Origin: Lama glama
Lineage: Eukaryota
Reading direction: 5' to 3'
Assembly: GCA_028534125.1 (NCBI GenBank)
Contig: CM052817.1
Location: 57,600,001 to 57,664,000 of the forward strand
DNA length: 64,000 bases
The position numbers and the translations under genes are program-made. A model generated the notes under the pieces. It was not told the origin of the DNA and made no database searches. It saw only the letters and a list, made by a program, of their open reading frames with translations. Shown here piece by piece: positions 1-13,750 of this stretch (position 1 is its first letter; each line of letters begins with the position of its first letter).

Positions 1-269
1 CTTTGGTGCTTCTTGTCCTCTTTCCATTGGCTGTTCTTTTCCTGCTTGCTTTCCAGTTTGTTCTGCTCTGTGGACAAACACTCTGCAGAAATAAAATTAG
101 GTAACTAGGGACCCTCAAACTATGTGGTTAAGCTAGATTGAGCAAGTGAGACCCTTAAACAATGTGGTCATACAGAGTAGATCTCATCAGGGCTTTCCAT
201 TCCTTTAAGGTGGCTCTTTAATTTTAAGCTTTTAAAGAAGTTTCTAGTTAATGAGTCCACATTTCAGTT

Positions 270-600
270 CCTGAGTTCCCTGCCTCCCTTGGAGCTATAG
301 GGTTCTGGGTAGGTAGAAGCCAGTCAGTGAAAACATAAACTCTTTCTGGCTGTGATTGGTTCTGGGAACTTGACAGAAGTTGATACACGCAGAGGAAAGT
401 CCAGAACTTTTAGTCAATAGCTGGGATGGCAAACACTTTCCCTTTGTACTAAAGGGAAAAGCATACATGTTTTCAGTTGCAGCTGGTAATCATCTTGGGG
501 CCAGTCTTAGGACAAAGCTGACAGATTCTTAATGAAATCTTTTAGTCACCAAATCAAGCCATTCCTGAGGTGTGCCGTCTTATAAAGTTATTGTGACAAG
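270..600 (+). mobile_element. MaLR LTR fragment (MLT1-like)
   Basis: Degenerate MLT1-like motifs (ggctgtgattggttc, gctggtaatcatcttgggg, aaatcaagccattcctga). Confidence 0.5.
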
Positions 601-714
601 GAAATTATATAGGGCATAAAAACATTTTAACATTGATTCTGACCCATATAGGGGCTTTATAATTTTTGGTCATGTCTTTTTTCTTTTATTCTTACTAATT
701 CTGTAACATCAGCT

Positions 715-1250
715 GGGACAGGAAATATGGGAGATTTGGGGGTGAAAGAAGGGGAGGTAGAGAATTTCAGTTTGAAAATCTTGAATCTTGTTTTCCTGTT
801 AAGCTACCCAGGTGGCGGTACCTAGCAGGTATTTGGCAAATCAAGGCAGTAACTCATAGGCGATTAGCAATTTAAGTCTGAGATTTAGAAGGTACGTAGG
901 TAATTTAAAAATTGATGTCGTAAGTGTGAACGGTATTGCTAGAAAGAACGTATAGAAATAAGAAGGGAAGAGGAGCAAAGAACCAAAACAGGAAACTGAG
1001 GAGTCACCTGACAGTGGTTAATCAGTATTGAATACTGTGCTATTAAGCACAGAAGTGATTTTTAAAAGAAGGGGTTTAATTATAAACACTCCAGGTAGAG
1101 GGGTATAATTGTTAAAAGGATTAAATACAGACAATTACAGAGAAGTTAGATGCCAGAACCTACATGTATTAAGCAGTGAATTGAAAGTGATCAAATAATG
1201 GTAATTTGAGATTGTTCTTTTCAGACCCTCAAGTGTAAGGGGAAGGAGAC
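715..1250 (-). mobile_element. L2 fragment
   Basis: Purine-rich antisense L2 text (gaatttcagtttgaaaatcttgaat, caggtggcggtacctagcaggtatttgg). Confidence 0.6.
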
Positions 1251-1254
1251 TACA

Positions 1255-1745
1255 AAGACTCCTAGTTGCCTACTTAATATCAACTCTGTTCTTCTGAGTA
1301 ATAGCGCTCTTATATTATTGGTCACGGTAATATGCCCAGTTTAAAATCACATCTCCACGACCCCGCTACAATTAGGTAGCTAGTGAGACATAATCGCGAG
1401 ACACTGGGTGGGGCTTCCAGGGCAGCTCTGGGCCATTGGCTGGGGCTTCCAGGGCAGCTCTGGGCCATTGGCTGGGCCTTCCAGGGCAGCTCTTAAAAGG
1501 GCTGCCTCAGGCGGAAGCCTTGTTTTTCTACCTTCCTGACTTGGGCTGAGACGGCCGAAGTCAGAGCAACCACCGTGGGACCTTGAAAAAAATATCAAGC
1601 GCATCACAGGTACTTCAGTACTAATATTCCTGAACTTCTGAATCAATGTCATCAACTGTTTACTTCTGTTATGTGAGAAAAATGTGAATTTTAAGTCTCT
1701 GTTGTTGGAACTCTGTTTTTAGCAGCTGAATGCAGTTGCTGTTAT
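1255..1745 (+). mobile_element. MaLR LTR (MLT1J-like) with an internal minisatellite
   Basis: ctccacgaccccgctacaattagg, gcaaccaccgtgggaccttga, and 3' end ttctgttatgtgagaaaaa...tttagcagctgaatgca. Confidence 0.65.
1409..1493. repeat. 32-bp tandem repeat, about 2.65 copies (tggggcttccagggcagctctgggccattggc)
   Basis: Units 1409-1440 and 1441-1472 are identical. The partial third unit 1473-1493 has one mismatch. Confidence 0.95.
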
Positions 1746-2014
1746 AAACTGACAACATATAACAGCTAGGTGACGGAAGGTTTAAAAAATACTTATATAT
1801 TCAAAGCAATGGCCTACAACCTTGAGGTTATTTTCTTTAGATTATTTAGATTATTTTATTCTTTCCTCAGTAGGGAACACTGATCAATCAGGATCTGTGC
1901 TTAACAGGTTACACCTGGTAACCTCCTTAACACCTGGGCCTGATTTAAATGATTTTGAGCTGATGCTCTAATGGGATGAAACTCTTGGGAACCTTAGGAA
2001 GGCAGTGGTTAAGT

Positions 2015-2905
2015 ATATAAGAAGATGCTTCTCATCACTGGGAAAAGCAAATTAAAACCACAATGAGATATTACATATTCAGTAGAAGGGCTAAAATCAA
2101 AAAGACTGATAGTACCATGTATTGGAGAGGATGTGGACAACTGGGCATCCTGTAAAATACACAATGACTCTTGGGAAAAAAAGTTTGGGCAGATTTTTTT
2201 TTACAAAGTTAAACCACCCTTATGAGACCAGCAATCCTACTCTCGTGTATTTACCTAAGACATATGAAAGCATGCTTACACAAGGAGTTGTACATAAATG
2301 TTCGTAGCAGCTTTGTTTATAAGAGCTTCAAACTGGAAACAATGCAAATGTTCAGCAACAGGTGAATGGATACATTAATCATGGTTCATCCTACATGGGA
2401 TACCCCTACCTACGGCTGAGGACAGAGGAGGTGCTGATTCCCGCCCACTCCCAAGAGGCATAGGACTTCTCTGATTGGAGACTTCCTGGAGAACACCCCC
2501 TCCGCCTGGCCAAGGCTTTCTTCAGGTTGCACTTTGCAGCCTGAGAATCCCTCTTTACCCCTGCTCCCACTTCCTCCTTTCTTTCTCAGGTGTGGGAGCT
2601 GCATTGCTCTGTAGGTTCTCCATGCCTTCTCAGTTCTCTTCCCTTTATCCTCCTCATTATTTCCCCTAAATCTCTTTCATGGCTGATTCTGTCTTGGCAT
2701 CTACTTCCTTGAGGATATAAATTAACCCAATGAATGCTTGGATCAGAGGATAGGGGCAGGAAGGAACTTTTCGGGGTGATGGGAAAATGTTCTAGGCTTT
2801 ATCATTACAGTGATTACATGGGTATATTCATTTGTCAAAACTTATTGAATGCATACTTAGAGTGAGTCTATTTTATTCCTAAATAAAATTGACTTGAAAA
2901 AAATA
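2015..2905 (+). mobile_element. Old L1 (L1MC/ME-like) ORF2 end and 3' UTR, interrupted by an LTR
   Basis: aattaaaaccacaatgagata, ccagcaatcctactctc, aaatgttcgtagcagctttgtttataa; ends aaataaaattgacttgaaaaaaa. Confidence 0.85.
2405..2727 (+). mobile_element. ERVL LTR16-like fragment nested in L1
   Basis: cttcctttccctttatcctc...cccctaaatctctttcatggctgattctgtcttggcatctacttcctt resembles the LTR16 3' end. Confidence 0.6.
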
Positions 2906-3997
2906 ATCCCAAATGGTGCCATAGTTTACTGGTCAGGTCGGGTCGTGGGTAGGAAACGTGTTTTTTTACAGACTTCAAGTCCAACTGGATACACAAAGAA
3001 TGTGCATGGCATTGGGCAAAAACACATTCTTCACTTATTTTGGGGTTGTCTTTATAAATCTTAAGGAATCATAAATTTCCTCTTAAGGATAAAGCTATAC
3101 CATTAGGTCACCTTGGTTACTTGCTCATAAATCAGCGTAAAATGGTTAAACAATAAAAGCACAGATGGCTGCAGCAGGGGCAATATTCAAATGAGACAGA
3201 GAAATTACCATTCAGTCATGGCTTTATAAAAAAGGGATAAGGGTTTTGGAGGTAGCTTTTTGAAAATTATTTCCCTCCATAAATCCAGAATGGTTCCCAA
3301 ATTCGTAACCACTTACAGTGCAGGGTGAGATGATGTGCTGAGGCAGCAGCCGGCATATTTTACACAGCACAGACACTGGAGGAAAAAGGCAGCTCTAGCA
3401 TTTATCAGTGTATTTAAGTCCTCCCTTTCCTTGCTGTCTTTTCCCCCAGATTGTGACTTCCAGGAGGATGATAACAAGGGCTTTATCCTTTCTGGCTGTT
3501 TCTGGAATATCAAACTCACTATGGGCAAGCAGTACATCTGTACTGAACAGATGATTGAAGGAATAAATAACTTTTCATCACAACTCTGCTTCTCCTGGGA
3601 CCACCTTTCAAAATGTACCTTGCTCATTTTCTTCCAGACTAAGTCGAGTATCTGTACTGACAAGGTGGTTTTATTGATCTTGTTTTTCTTCATTTACCAT
3701 CTATTTATTTTATTACCAGGTTTAGCCCTTACTAGGAACTAAGGAGCCAGATTAAAAGAGGATCCTGCTATTGTAATTGAGGTCAGGAATCTTGTGTCTT
3801 GCAAGGTCTGAATAGAGATGGTTGGATGTGGCATATAATTGAATTTCTATGTTGCTCAATCTGAATGCAGTCTTTTCAAGGTGACTTTTCTACACCAGAA
3901 CAATTAGAAATGTCAACATCCATCTGATGTAGAATTTTTCATTGCATAGCTTTGAAGAAATCCATAGAGCCACAATGTGAAGAAAGCAGTAGTTCTC

Positions 3998-5030
3998 TTT
4001 TTTAAAAAATAAACTTTTAATTTAAAAATACTTGTAAACTTAACAGAAAAATTGCAAAGATAGTACAGAGAGTTCTAGTTCCCCTAAGATTAACATCTTA
4101 AGATACTATGGTACCTTTGTTACATTAAGAAAACAAGCTTGGTTTGTTACTGTTAACTGAACTGCAGACTTTGTTTAGATTTCACTAGTTTTTCCCTCAG
4201 GTCCATTTTCTGTGCCAGGATCCCCTCCAGGATAGCACATTACGTCTAGTCATCACATCTCCCCAGTCTCCTCCAGTGTGACAGTTTCTCCAGCTTTCCT
4301 TGTTTTTTATGTCCTTGTCAGTACTGAGGAATATTTTGTCGAGTGTCTCCCAATGTGGGTCTGTCTAATGTTTTTCTCATTTGTAGGTTAGGGTAAGGGG
4401 CTTTAGGGAGGAAGACTAGAGAGGTGAATTCTCATCACATCACATCACATCAGGCTACATGCTGTGTCAGTGATTTAGCAGTGATGATGTTCATCATCTG
4501 GCCAAGATAGTGCTTGCCAGGTGTCTCCACTGTGAGCTTACTTACTCTGCCTGTTTTCCTTGCTCTAAGGAATCAAGTCACTCGGTGTAGCCCACACTTA
4601 AAAGTAGGGGGTGATTTAAGCCCCACTTCCTGGAAAAGGGAGCATCCAAATAAATTATTTGAAATTCTTTCTAAGAAAGAGTTGTCTCTTCTCCCTCATT
4701 TGTTTATTATATCATTTATTTGTATCGGTATGGACCTGAAATATTTATTCTATGCTTTGGGTTATCTTCCGGCTCTGCTATTTATTCTGTTGCTCAGATT
4801 ATTCCATTTCTGGCCATTTGGAGCTCTTTCACTTTGACTCCCTTTGACAGGCCCCATCCTTTCGTTCTCCGAGTACTTCTTTACTTTCTGGTACCCAGAA
4901 GTTGCTCCTGATTTGTCTATTCCCTGCCCCAGTCTAGAGCCAGACAGTTCTCCAAATACTCCTGTTTTTTTCTTTTTCTTTTTTTCTTTTTTCAGCTGGA
5001 GAATGGTATCAGAACCTAAGATCTAGGCAT
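3998..5030 (-). mobile_element. L1MC/MD-like 3' UTR
   Basis: acagaaaaattgcaaagatagtacagagagttc, ttttctgtgccaggatcccctccaggata, tattctgttgctcagattattcca. Confidence 0.85.
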
Positions 5031-6199
5031 CCAGTAATAGCTTTTTTTTTTTTTTAAAGAGCACAACTATTGAAGTTCCAGTAGCTACTAATATACCACT
5101 GTATTCGTTTATGCCTGGTATTTACCTAAGGGAAGAGTTTTGTTTCATATATTAGATATATTTATTTGGGTTTTCTGTCTTATATTTTCTTTAGTTTGGT
5201 TTACTGTTTTATTTCCTTCTGAATTCTTATGAGGCGTATGGGATTGTGGATTATGGTGGGCGTAGGTTTGGCAGCAGGAAACACCTCATTTTGAAAATGA
5301 ACTTATCCCTGGGTTAGTTTTCTCCAGTAGAATTGCCTTCTGGCTGTTAAGTTGTGCAGAGCTTCCTGGGTTGAAGAGGCCTGTTGTATATTTTTGATAT
5401 ATAAAGTATATTAATTTGGTGAATTAATCATATTTAGAGTTTGGTTCCCTTTCATTCCTGTTGTTTTATCAGAGAAAGAGCTGATCTATCTTTCAGGAGT
5501 GGGCTCCTGTTCTTCAAGCTTGTAGAAACTGGTACACTTCCATAATTCTGATTTATTCATTTATAGTAAGAAATGCAATGATAAGCAAGCTGGAATGCTT
5601 ATATTAGTAGAATCCTTCCTATCAAATGTGATATTCAGGAAGCAGTAGTACAGTGAGAAGCCTTTCTGGTGAGCATGGTTCAAAACAAGGGCAATTTCAC
5701 AATTTTCCTGTCAAATGGCATGCCGTCAAAGTAACCTAACGTTCCATCTCTCTGGCAAGACCATCACTGCCTCGAGGAGTAGAAAATTCCAGATGGGCGT
5801 AGCCTGTTTCTCGCAGTTTGAGTTTTTAATTTGGTCCTCTGGGGTGGCAATTCCTCCTTCTTTTAGCAGTGACTCACAACACAGTATAGGCACGTGGAGA
5901 ATTTTCTCATTGCAAAATTTCAATCTTATGCCAATTATACCTTTTCTGAAGATAACTGCCTGGTAACCAAGATTTTGATGTTTACAAATTCTTCAGTCAC
6001 ACATTAAAAAGAAAGAAAATATGTATTATCAATTTGGGGTTTAATTCTATAAAAGGCATAAACAGATATTGCGTATAGATTTTCCTAGTTTAATCCAGAC
6101 AGAGCAAATTTTTCTATTTCTCCTAATTCTACTCCCCAGACACCTTTTCTCTACTGCCATACTCCTCCTTCGGGGAGAGGCACATTTCTGTTGTTTGCA

Positions 6200-6385
6200 T
6201 GTAATTGTGTGACCATGGATAAGTTACTTAACTTCCAAAATCCTGTATTTTCTTATCTGTGAAATGAAAAAAAGTAATACCACTCTGAAGGCTGATGTAT
6301 AAATTAAAGTCTCATTTAAAACATATCAAATGTCTTTAAAAAAATTACTGGCAAATAGTAAGCATTCAGTAAAGGTTAGCTGCAA
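6200..6385 (+). mobile_element. MIR
   Basis: tgtgtgaccatggataagttacttaacttc...cttatctgtgaaatg...ctggcaaatagtaagcattcagtaaaggttagct. Confidence 0.8.
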
Positions 6386-9194
6386 CCAGTAGCCAAAAAT
6401 ATCCCCAAACAGCAGCTTAAAACTGTAGCCAACATTTCAAATGCTGAAGTAACAATCTTCACCCTGACTCAGTGCTGCCCTGTTAAAGAGATGTGGAGAA
6501 GCCAGCATCTATCTAGTGAATAAAGACGTGCATTAGGCTAACATATTCTTGGTGGCTGAATTCTCCACATCAGTCATCATTGCTGCATAGATGCAGCAAT
6601 TAATCCCTAAGATTTTTTAAACAAATGAAACTGATAAAAACTAAGTGCAGTTCTTCCTAAACAGGTATTAATACTCAATAAAAGTGACTAGTAAGGATTG
6701 CCCAGTGTAGATTGTGTCCATTAAGATTTTTCTGTGTTAGAAGAAAGCCTTTAGATTCATAAATTGATAAATACATGCATATACTACTATTTTAACCTGA
6801 TCATTTCAATTAGACAAACTGGCTTTTTTTTTTTTTGAGACAGTTCTCTTTGGAAATTAAATGACTAGACAACAGAACAACAGGGGATATAGTTAGAAAT
6901 GGCCTTCTTTTATTGCTGTGTCAGAAATGCAGGACTGTAATGAGGAAGGCCTTGACAGAATGTCATCGACTTGGATTACTGTGCACATGGCAATCTGTCA
7001 TTCAGGTCCTCTGGAGAGCCAAGGAGAAGGCTGCTGTGCATTATGTTTATGTGAAGAGATATTCACCAAAGGTTATGCTTGACATCCAGAAGGGTCTCTT
7101 GGTGGATCTTGAATTTCATCTGTTTCATTAACCAGATATTGGCTGTTAAAATTACTAGGGCTGCAGGAGGACCCACCCAAGTGTGGTCACTGATTTCTCC
7201 TCCCTGTGGGGCAGACTGTATCTTGGACGCTTATCTGTTCCCCAAACCAGGGGCTGTGGGGCACACAGCTGTGTCCTACAATTAAAAATCACTCTGCTTG
7301 GTTCTTTAGGGGGAATGATTGCTTGTTTTCAGTCCCCAAGTTTAAATTCACCTCTCATTTGAACTCATTTCTCCTGTTTTTTTTTTTTTTTTGGTCTGAT
7401 TTAAACCCTGAATGCAGGCTGGAGTGTCATGGTCATATTCTGCTCTGTCCCCTCCCCAGTTTGGTTCTCTTAACACTGACTGCAGTCTTTGACTCTAACC
7501 ATATTTTCTGCCTTGTGTAGGTTTGGACAGCAACTCCCTGTCCTTTATCCTTACCCACTTTGAACTTCTGAAATTTAACTTTGGGCTCCTACAGAAAAAA
7601 GATCCTTGTCTGTGTCCCTGGCTTTGACCTTATCACCCTGAAAAACACGCTCAGGATCCACAACCTTGGCCATTTGAGCCACTCTTCCACATGGATAACT
7701 GAGTCTCATGCCAGTACTGGGCAAATGATGTCTCACATATTGTACATGAGACAGGTTATGGGGTAGTGGTTCTTTTTGGAGGTTCATGAACACTTCTTTC
7801 CTGAAAAAATCAGGAAAAAGCTAGAAACTATGGTATTGCCAAATTGATTTTTACATCTGAGATTTTTGTGCAAAGTTATACATTGGTAAACACAGTAATT
7901 AGGTTTTTTTTTTAAAGAACAAATACAATTATCTTTAATTCCTTTCCTTTTTATATTTTTCAAACTCACATAACTTCTATGATAATTATCCTGAGGTGAT
8001 AATTATTCTGATTTCAATATTGATAAAGATATTAAATGAGAAATATGAGAAATGCATATCTTTAAATCAATGACATATAGTAATAAGATCTACCTTTTAG
8101 AACTGCCGTAAATATCATATGGGTTTATGCATGTAAAGCACTTTATTCAGTGTTTTGCTCTTTAAGTGTGCAATTATCTGTTTTATTATTTCATTTCATA
8201 CTTATAAAATTAATGGTTTGTATCATATGACTAACTGCAGTGTCCTTACCAATTTTTAAATCTTTACTCTGAATTTTATGCAAAGTAGGCTCTCTGATGT
8301 ATCTATGATATTGCGCACTCATTACTCAAAAATATTAAATGTGTAAAATGTGGATAGCACATATATGTTATATATACATATGTAATAACAAGACATAAAA
8401 ATGGCATATAGTATATCAGGTGATAATAGGTACAGGAAAAGCAGGGTAAGGGGACGAAGGGAGAAAATCAGAATGTGGTCCTATCTTAGAAAAGATTGAT
8501 TTGAAAAGACCTCTCTGGTTAGGTGATGTGTGCACAGGTATCTGGTTGACACGAGAGAGTAAGCCTTGTGGACATCCAAGGGGAGAGTGTTCTTCTTTTG
8601 TTTCTAAGAAGTAATATATCCAAAGCATATTATGATTCTTGAGGTCAAGTTGGTAATTCCTTAGTGTCCAGGTCAATAAAAAGTTTACCTCTCTGCTTTC
8701 AGAGCAACAGGGAAGCTATTTAACCTTCTCTAAATCACCTGTGACACGTGGACTGGCTCATGTCCAAGAAGATTCATTTTGAAACAAAAACTCCTCAGTA
8801 GTTATATTCACAGGATAGATTTTCAACTGGTAAGAAAGTTGTCTCTCAGATAACTGGCTTACATCATTAGATATCACTAGTAGATTTTTGTTACCAGATA
8901 AATGTTAGCTTGTATGATTGATATTGAGTACGTCTTCATGAAACCAAAATAATCAAATGTATGTGAAATATCTGGTCCCTTTGATGTTGTGTATGTTAAT
9001 CTCATTGCCTGATCACTTGCCTCATTGAAGCCAAGTAGCCAGAAGACTGGTTAAAAAAAAAGGGGAGATGGTATATTTATAATTGATCAGAATAAAACAA
9101 TGGAAAGTTTGTAGAAATCATTAATTTATCAACCTATTGATTCATTAATTCTGTAAATATTTATGAATTATGTGAAAATCATCACATCAAGAGA

Positions 9195-9500
9195 AGCATG
9201 TTTGAATTCCAACCCAAGTACTGTTACTAATGAGCTATGTGATCTGTCAAAATAGCTTCTTTCTGGGTCTTGTATTTCTCAGCAGTTCAAAAATATGTAT
9301 TTATTAAGCCCATTCTGTATGCCAGGCTTCGTACCTGGTATTAAGGAAACAAAATGAGTAAGACAGCATCGTGAGGGAGACAGATATGCAGACAATTAAA
9401 GCATACATGTTAAAAGTACATCCAAGCTTTCTGTTTAAAGAAAAAACAGAGTGCTAGCAATTAATCTACCAGGGGAAATAGGATTAGGAAAGACTTCAGA
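9195..9500. mobile_element. MIR core fragment followed by antisense L2 3' end
   Basis: tttgaattccaacccaagtactgttacta...gctatgtgatct, then atgtatttattaagcccattctgtatgccaggc. Confidence 0.55.
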
Positions 9501-10544
9501 GAAAAAACACTTAAGAATAAATAAAAAAATAAAAAAAAATAAGGTGGAAGAAAGTCATCTTACACAGCATGTTAAGGGCAGCTTAAGATTTCATGGTTTT
9601 AGCAATATACCTTTTGAACTTTTAGGAAAAGACATGGGGCTAGATGCCAACAATATCAATTAACCATTAAAAGTGATATTCAGGTGCTTTGAGAATGTTG
9701 GCAGCCTCATAAATTAAACTTCTTATCACATAGATATTTAAAAATTCTGTTTGGGATTTTCTTTGGCCTTTATACATCTCCAACTAGGAGTGTTTCTGCT
9801 TGAAACACAAGACTCCCTTTATCATAAAATAGCTTACTTCCACTAAGTCATTTGACTAATAGTTCATAATAATGTCTTGATTTTATCTTTTGCTTCCATA
9901 GCTATTTAGATATAAAAATACTGCCTCATTATGTATAAGTTCACTTAAAATGTATATTTCTGTTTCTCTCACCATATGGATTTTTGTGAAATACAGAACT
10001 AACCTCTATAGTTTTTACTACAATATTGATATATACTTTATTCCATCAATGACTGCTGTTTTGTTTGATACTATAGAATTCACTTTTTAAACATATAAAT
10101 CTTCCTAAGCCACACTCCCCCCCTGCACCCTGCCAAGTTATCAGTGGAGGCATTTGGAATCGCAAAGATTCTGTCCAAAGATACCCAACATTTTCTCTTA
10201 TCTTACAATAGGGTGTATCTCCTTGAGATAAGACCTCTTGCAGCACTAAGACTGCTCAGCTGAATGGATTTTTTGGTTGGCTGAACTCACAGACACTTAG
10301 ACGTATCAACAGAAGAGACTGCTTTATCCCGTGACTGTATCAAATAGCTATTGTTAGGATGTAAAGATCTCAGTCAATCAGGACTCAATTGTCTAAAAAA
10401 ATTTGATTTCTCTTTAAGAGTCATTTGGAACAGACTTGAGGACACAGAGCCATCCTTGTTCAATAAGAAATGAAGATGGCTATGAGATTAAAGGGACTTT
10501 TACCTCAGTGGAATATGAGAGGAAGAGTGGAAGTAGATCTCAGA

Positions 10545-10720
10545 CTAATAGAATTTTAGTGTAGGAAGAGCCCTTAGGAATAGCTAAGCAAAAGCTCTCA
10601 CTGCACATATGAGAAAACTAAAGTGTGGAAATGTTAGATGTCTTCCAAAAACCATGCAGCCAGTTTTCCTATAAAGGGTCAGAAAGTGCATTTAGTGCAG
10701 GATTCAAATTTAGACTTTTG
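10545..10720 (-). mobile_element. MIR fragment
   Basis: cacatatgagaaaactaaagtgtggaaatgttagatgtcttccaaaaaccatgcagccagtt. Confidence 0.55.
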
Positions 10721-11199
10721 CCATTACTTACAAATTAATGTATATAAGTACACATTAAGCTACAATAATAACACTGAAATAATTCATCGTGCAAATTCAA
10801 ATGTGTCACAATTTCTATAATCCTGTTCCCTTCACAATTTAAATAGGCACCCTCCTCTCACTTTTCATATCCTTTCCCAATATCCTGGAAATTTACAGAT
10901 GTACATTTTAATCATTATTTTGGTCACTATCTACTTGGAAATAAACCTAATGATGCTATCTTAAAAATATGAGTTTTGGAGGAAACACGCACAGGAAAAA
11001 TATGGGAAAACATATCTGTAGGCAAACTGGAACCAAAAAGTCTTTAGAGATATAAAAAATAAGTTCAGTGTATACCAATGACATAATCAGATTGAAAGAA
11101 AAAGCAAGACAAACATGGTGATGAGTAATTCATTAATATGTGAGAACTCTGAATAATCCTTCATGGGTACTTGTCTAGAGTGGCAAGGATGACTCTTTT

Positions 11200-11900
11200 C
11201 ACAGATACTCTTCTGGAGTGAAGTGGGGGCTGGTTAACCACTGGGGGTCTTAGATGCATATTTATCAAGACCCCACTGCTGCTCCTGCGATGGCTGGGTA
11301 ATAGAGGGAGAATGACAGCACAATCAGCAATTCCAAACGCACCATGAACAGTGACAGGAATTCTGTAGGAGTAAACATGTGAAGCCAAGGGCTAAAACCT
11401 TCAATGAGTATAGGGAGTAACCAGGTAAATGGCAGATGCCCACGAAAATGAAAGATAGTGTAAGGATGACATCTGCTTCAAGTAGGTTGGATTCTTTGCT
11501 TTTTGTTTCTTTTAATGGCAAGGGGAGGAGCACTGATCCGGAAGCCATGATGGGGAGCAAGGAGGCTGCCAGCCCCTCCTGCCCATCATGTTATGTGGGA
11601 AGAGGAGAGCATTCTTTACTTTCGAGGCCTGTGGGGAAGGTAGTGTCCTCAGCAAGTAGCCAGGCTCAACAGAAGAGAAAGTTACAGGAACATTCAGAGG
11701 ACTTGAGGATACAAGCTTGTTTGCAGATGCCATCCTGGAGGGCACAGTGAGTGGAAAGGCAGCTGGGGTGGGAGGTTAAGGAGGCTATGGGGCTTATACA
11801 GAGGGAGATAAGAATCTGGAAGACTAGGAGCTCTTGTGTTGAAGGAAGAAGGTTGTAAATGCAAAGAGGCTAGTCTGCATGATTTCTTACAAGGAAGAAC
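11200..11900 (-). mobile_element. L2 ORF2 fossil, APE endonuclease region
   Basis: Minus translations WLLAEDTTFPTGL (11662-11624; like L2 ETWLSPEDTASPAAL), VGICHLPGYS/IEGFSPW (like VIYRPPGHS..EDFSSW) and PVTVHGAFGI (like PVIILGDFNI), in the correct order. Confidence 0.7.
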
Positions 11901-13229
11901 AACAGTGAATAAAGAGTATAACTGCAGTCTCCTTCTAGCTGCTGGTCTCTCTGGCTGTTAGAGGGTGAGACAGGCAACGTTTTGAAATGGGGCAGGGAAG
12001 CAGAGGGGCAGTTCTTGCAGGACTATGCGGATCCCCGTGGGATTCTCACAGCTCCTGCTAAGGAACCATGCATTCCTTATTACTATAATCCCAGTGTCTA
12101 GGACAATCATGGGCAATCCATCTTTGTAATAAAGACAAATAGACAACAACAATAAAAGGCAGAATAAAGGAGTGATGTAAGAAACGTCTTGACAAAGCAA
12201 TTGAGGGAAAAAAAGAGAGCAAAATGGTCATATTAAGATTTCAGGGAAAGATGGCAGAAGGTGATGGCCTGGCTGTAGGCCCTGACAGGTCAAATTATGA
12301 CATGGCATCCGTGGTGGCTCTGACTCTGCTGATGTAGTGACTGAGGGTGGCCATGTGCGTGTCCAACTGTCTGACGTGGATTGCTTCCAGGCATTCTACC
12401 TACATCTGTATATGTTCAATAATGTGAAATGAAGAGATTTGGTCATCCCAAATTGCTGTGGGTTTTTTCTTTTTTTATTTCTCAAGAGATAAGGAGCTAA
12501 AAATGAACAAACAAGTAGCAAAAATTGAAAAGCCAAATCATCTCATCTTTTGTCTTCTTTAAAAGGCTACTGGAGCCCATCTGGAAAGGTATCAAGGGTA
12601 TAGATGAAAAGAATTGGAAGGTTATTTCTATTATTTCTCCAAGGAAATAACTGGCATTAAAAAATTAGCTTCACCTTCTAGACAGGTTTCAGTAAAGCTT
12701 CAATATTGTATAAAACGCCATGCTCAGTCAGCCTCCTCATATGTACGATTTAGTCAGGGAGGGCCCGAGGGCCTGTCCAGATGCAGAATGGTTTCCTCTT
12801 GCTATCAGGGCAGGAAAGTAATAGCTCAATACTTTCAATTTGGATTTGCTCCTTTGCTCTAGTTTTCAATAAAACTATAGCCATAGGCTATTTTTATAAA
12901 ATTCCTAAGTGGGTACAAAATTACTTTAAGGGTTCTTCCCCACACCGAGATTCACTTCACCTCAGGTTTTTCTATTAGTCTAGATATAATCTGTGGTGGA
13001 AAAGATTCCTTCTTCACAGATAGGAACATAAGTGAAGAAATTTCGTGAGTCCTCTTATCAATCAGATCTTTGACTTTGGAAGAATTGTTCCAGACTTGGA
13101 GACTCATGAATAAAGGTGAATAATGCTCACCCCTGTCCCCTCCAGGGACAACTGTGCAAGCCACCTGAAAGGAAAAAAGATACTCTCTCCATCTGGTTAT
13201 TTGTCTTTATGTTCAATATTAAAGGAAAA

Positions 13230-13750
13230 ACTAGTTAACTCTTGCTGAGGAATACATTATCCTAAAATGTAACAGTATAAAATAACACAGATTTATTATC
13301 ACGCAGTTTTTGAGGCTCAAGAATCTGAGAGGGTGAGGAATCTGGCTGCGTCTGGCTGAGACTCTGGTGAGGCTGCAGAGAACTTCTGGCAGGAGCTGGG
13401 TCATCTCCAGGCCCCTCCTGCGGCTGCAGGACCCACTGCCAAGCGGTTGCCAGGCTTCTGTTCCTCCTCGGCTGTTCACTGGAGGCCTCCGTTCCCTGCC
13501 AAGTGGGTCACTTTGTAGGTTGCCTGAATCTTTATAACATGATGATGGTTTTCCTCAGAGCAAGTGAGCTCTCCCTTAGAGAGAGAGAGAACCCAAGGCA
13601 GAAGCTGTAGTCTATTATCACCTTTAATCACCATACCCCCATTGGTCACACAAGCCAACTCTGGCACAACATGGAAGGCAACTTCCCAAGGATGTCAGCA
13701 CCAGGAGGCAGGGGTCACTGGGGTCCACCCTGGAGTCTAGCTGTCACTAA
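13230..13750 (-). mobile_element. MaLR solo LTR (MLT1F-like)
   Basis: atttattatcacgcagtttttgaggctcaagaatctg...ggcagaagctgtagtct...caccaggaggcaggggtcactgggg. Confidence 0.8.

Noticed and set aside
1409..1493. CRISPR-like 32-bp repeats
   Set aside because: The repeats are head-to-tail with no spacers, in eukaryotic DNA. This is a minisatellite.
3313..3742. Overlapping antisense ORFs (126 and 135 aa) with a good acceptor-like polypyrimidine tract ending cccccag at about 3449
   Set aside because: No recognisable protein and no convincing GT donor. Consistent with chance in unique DNA.
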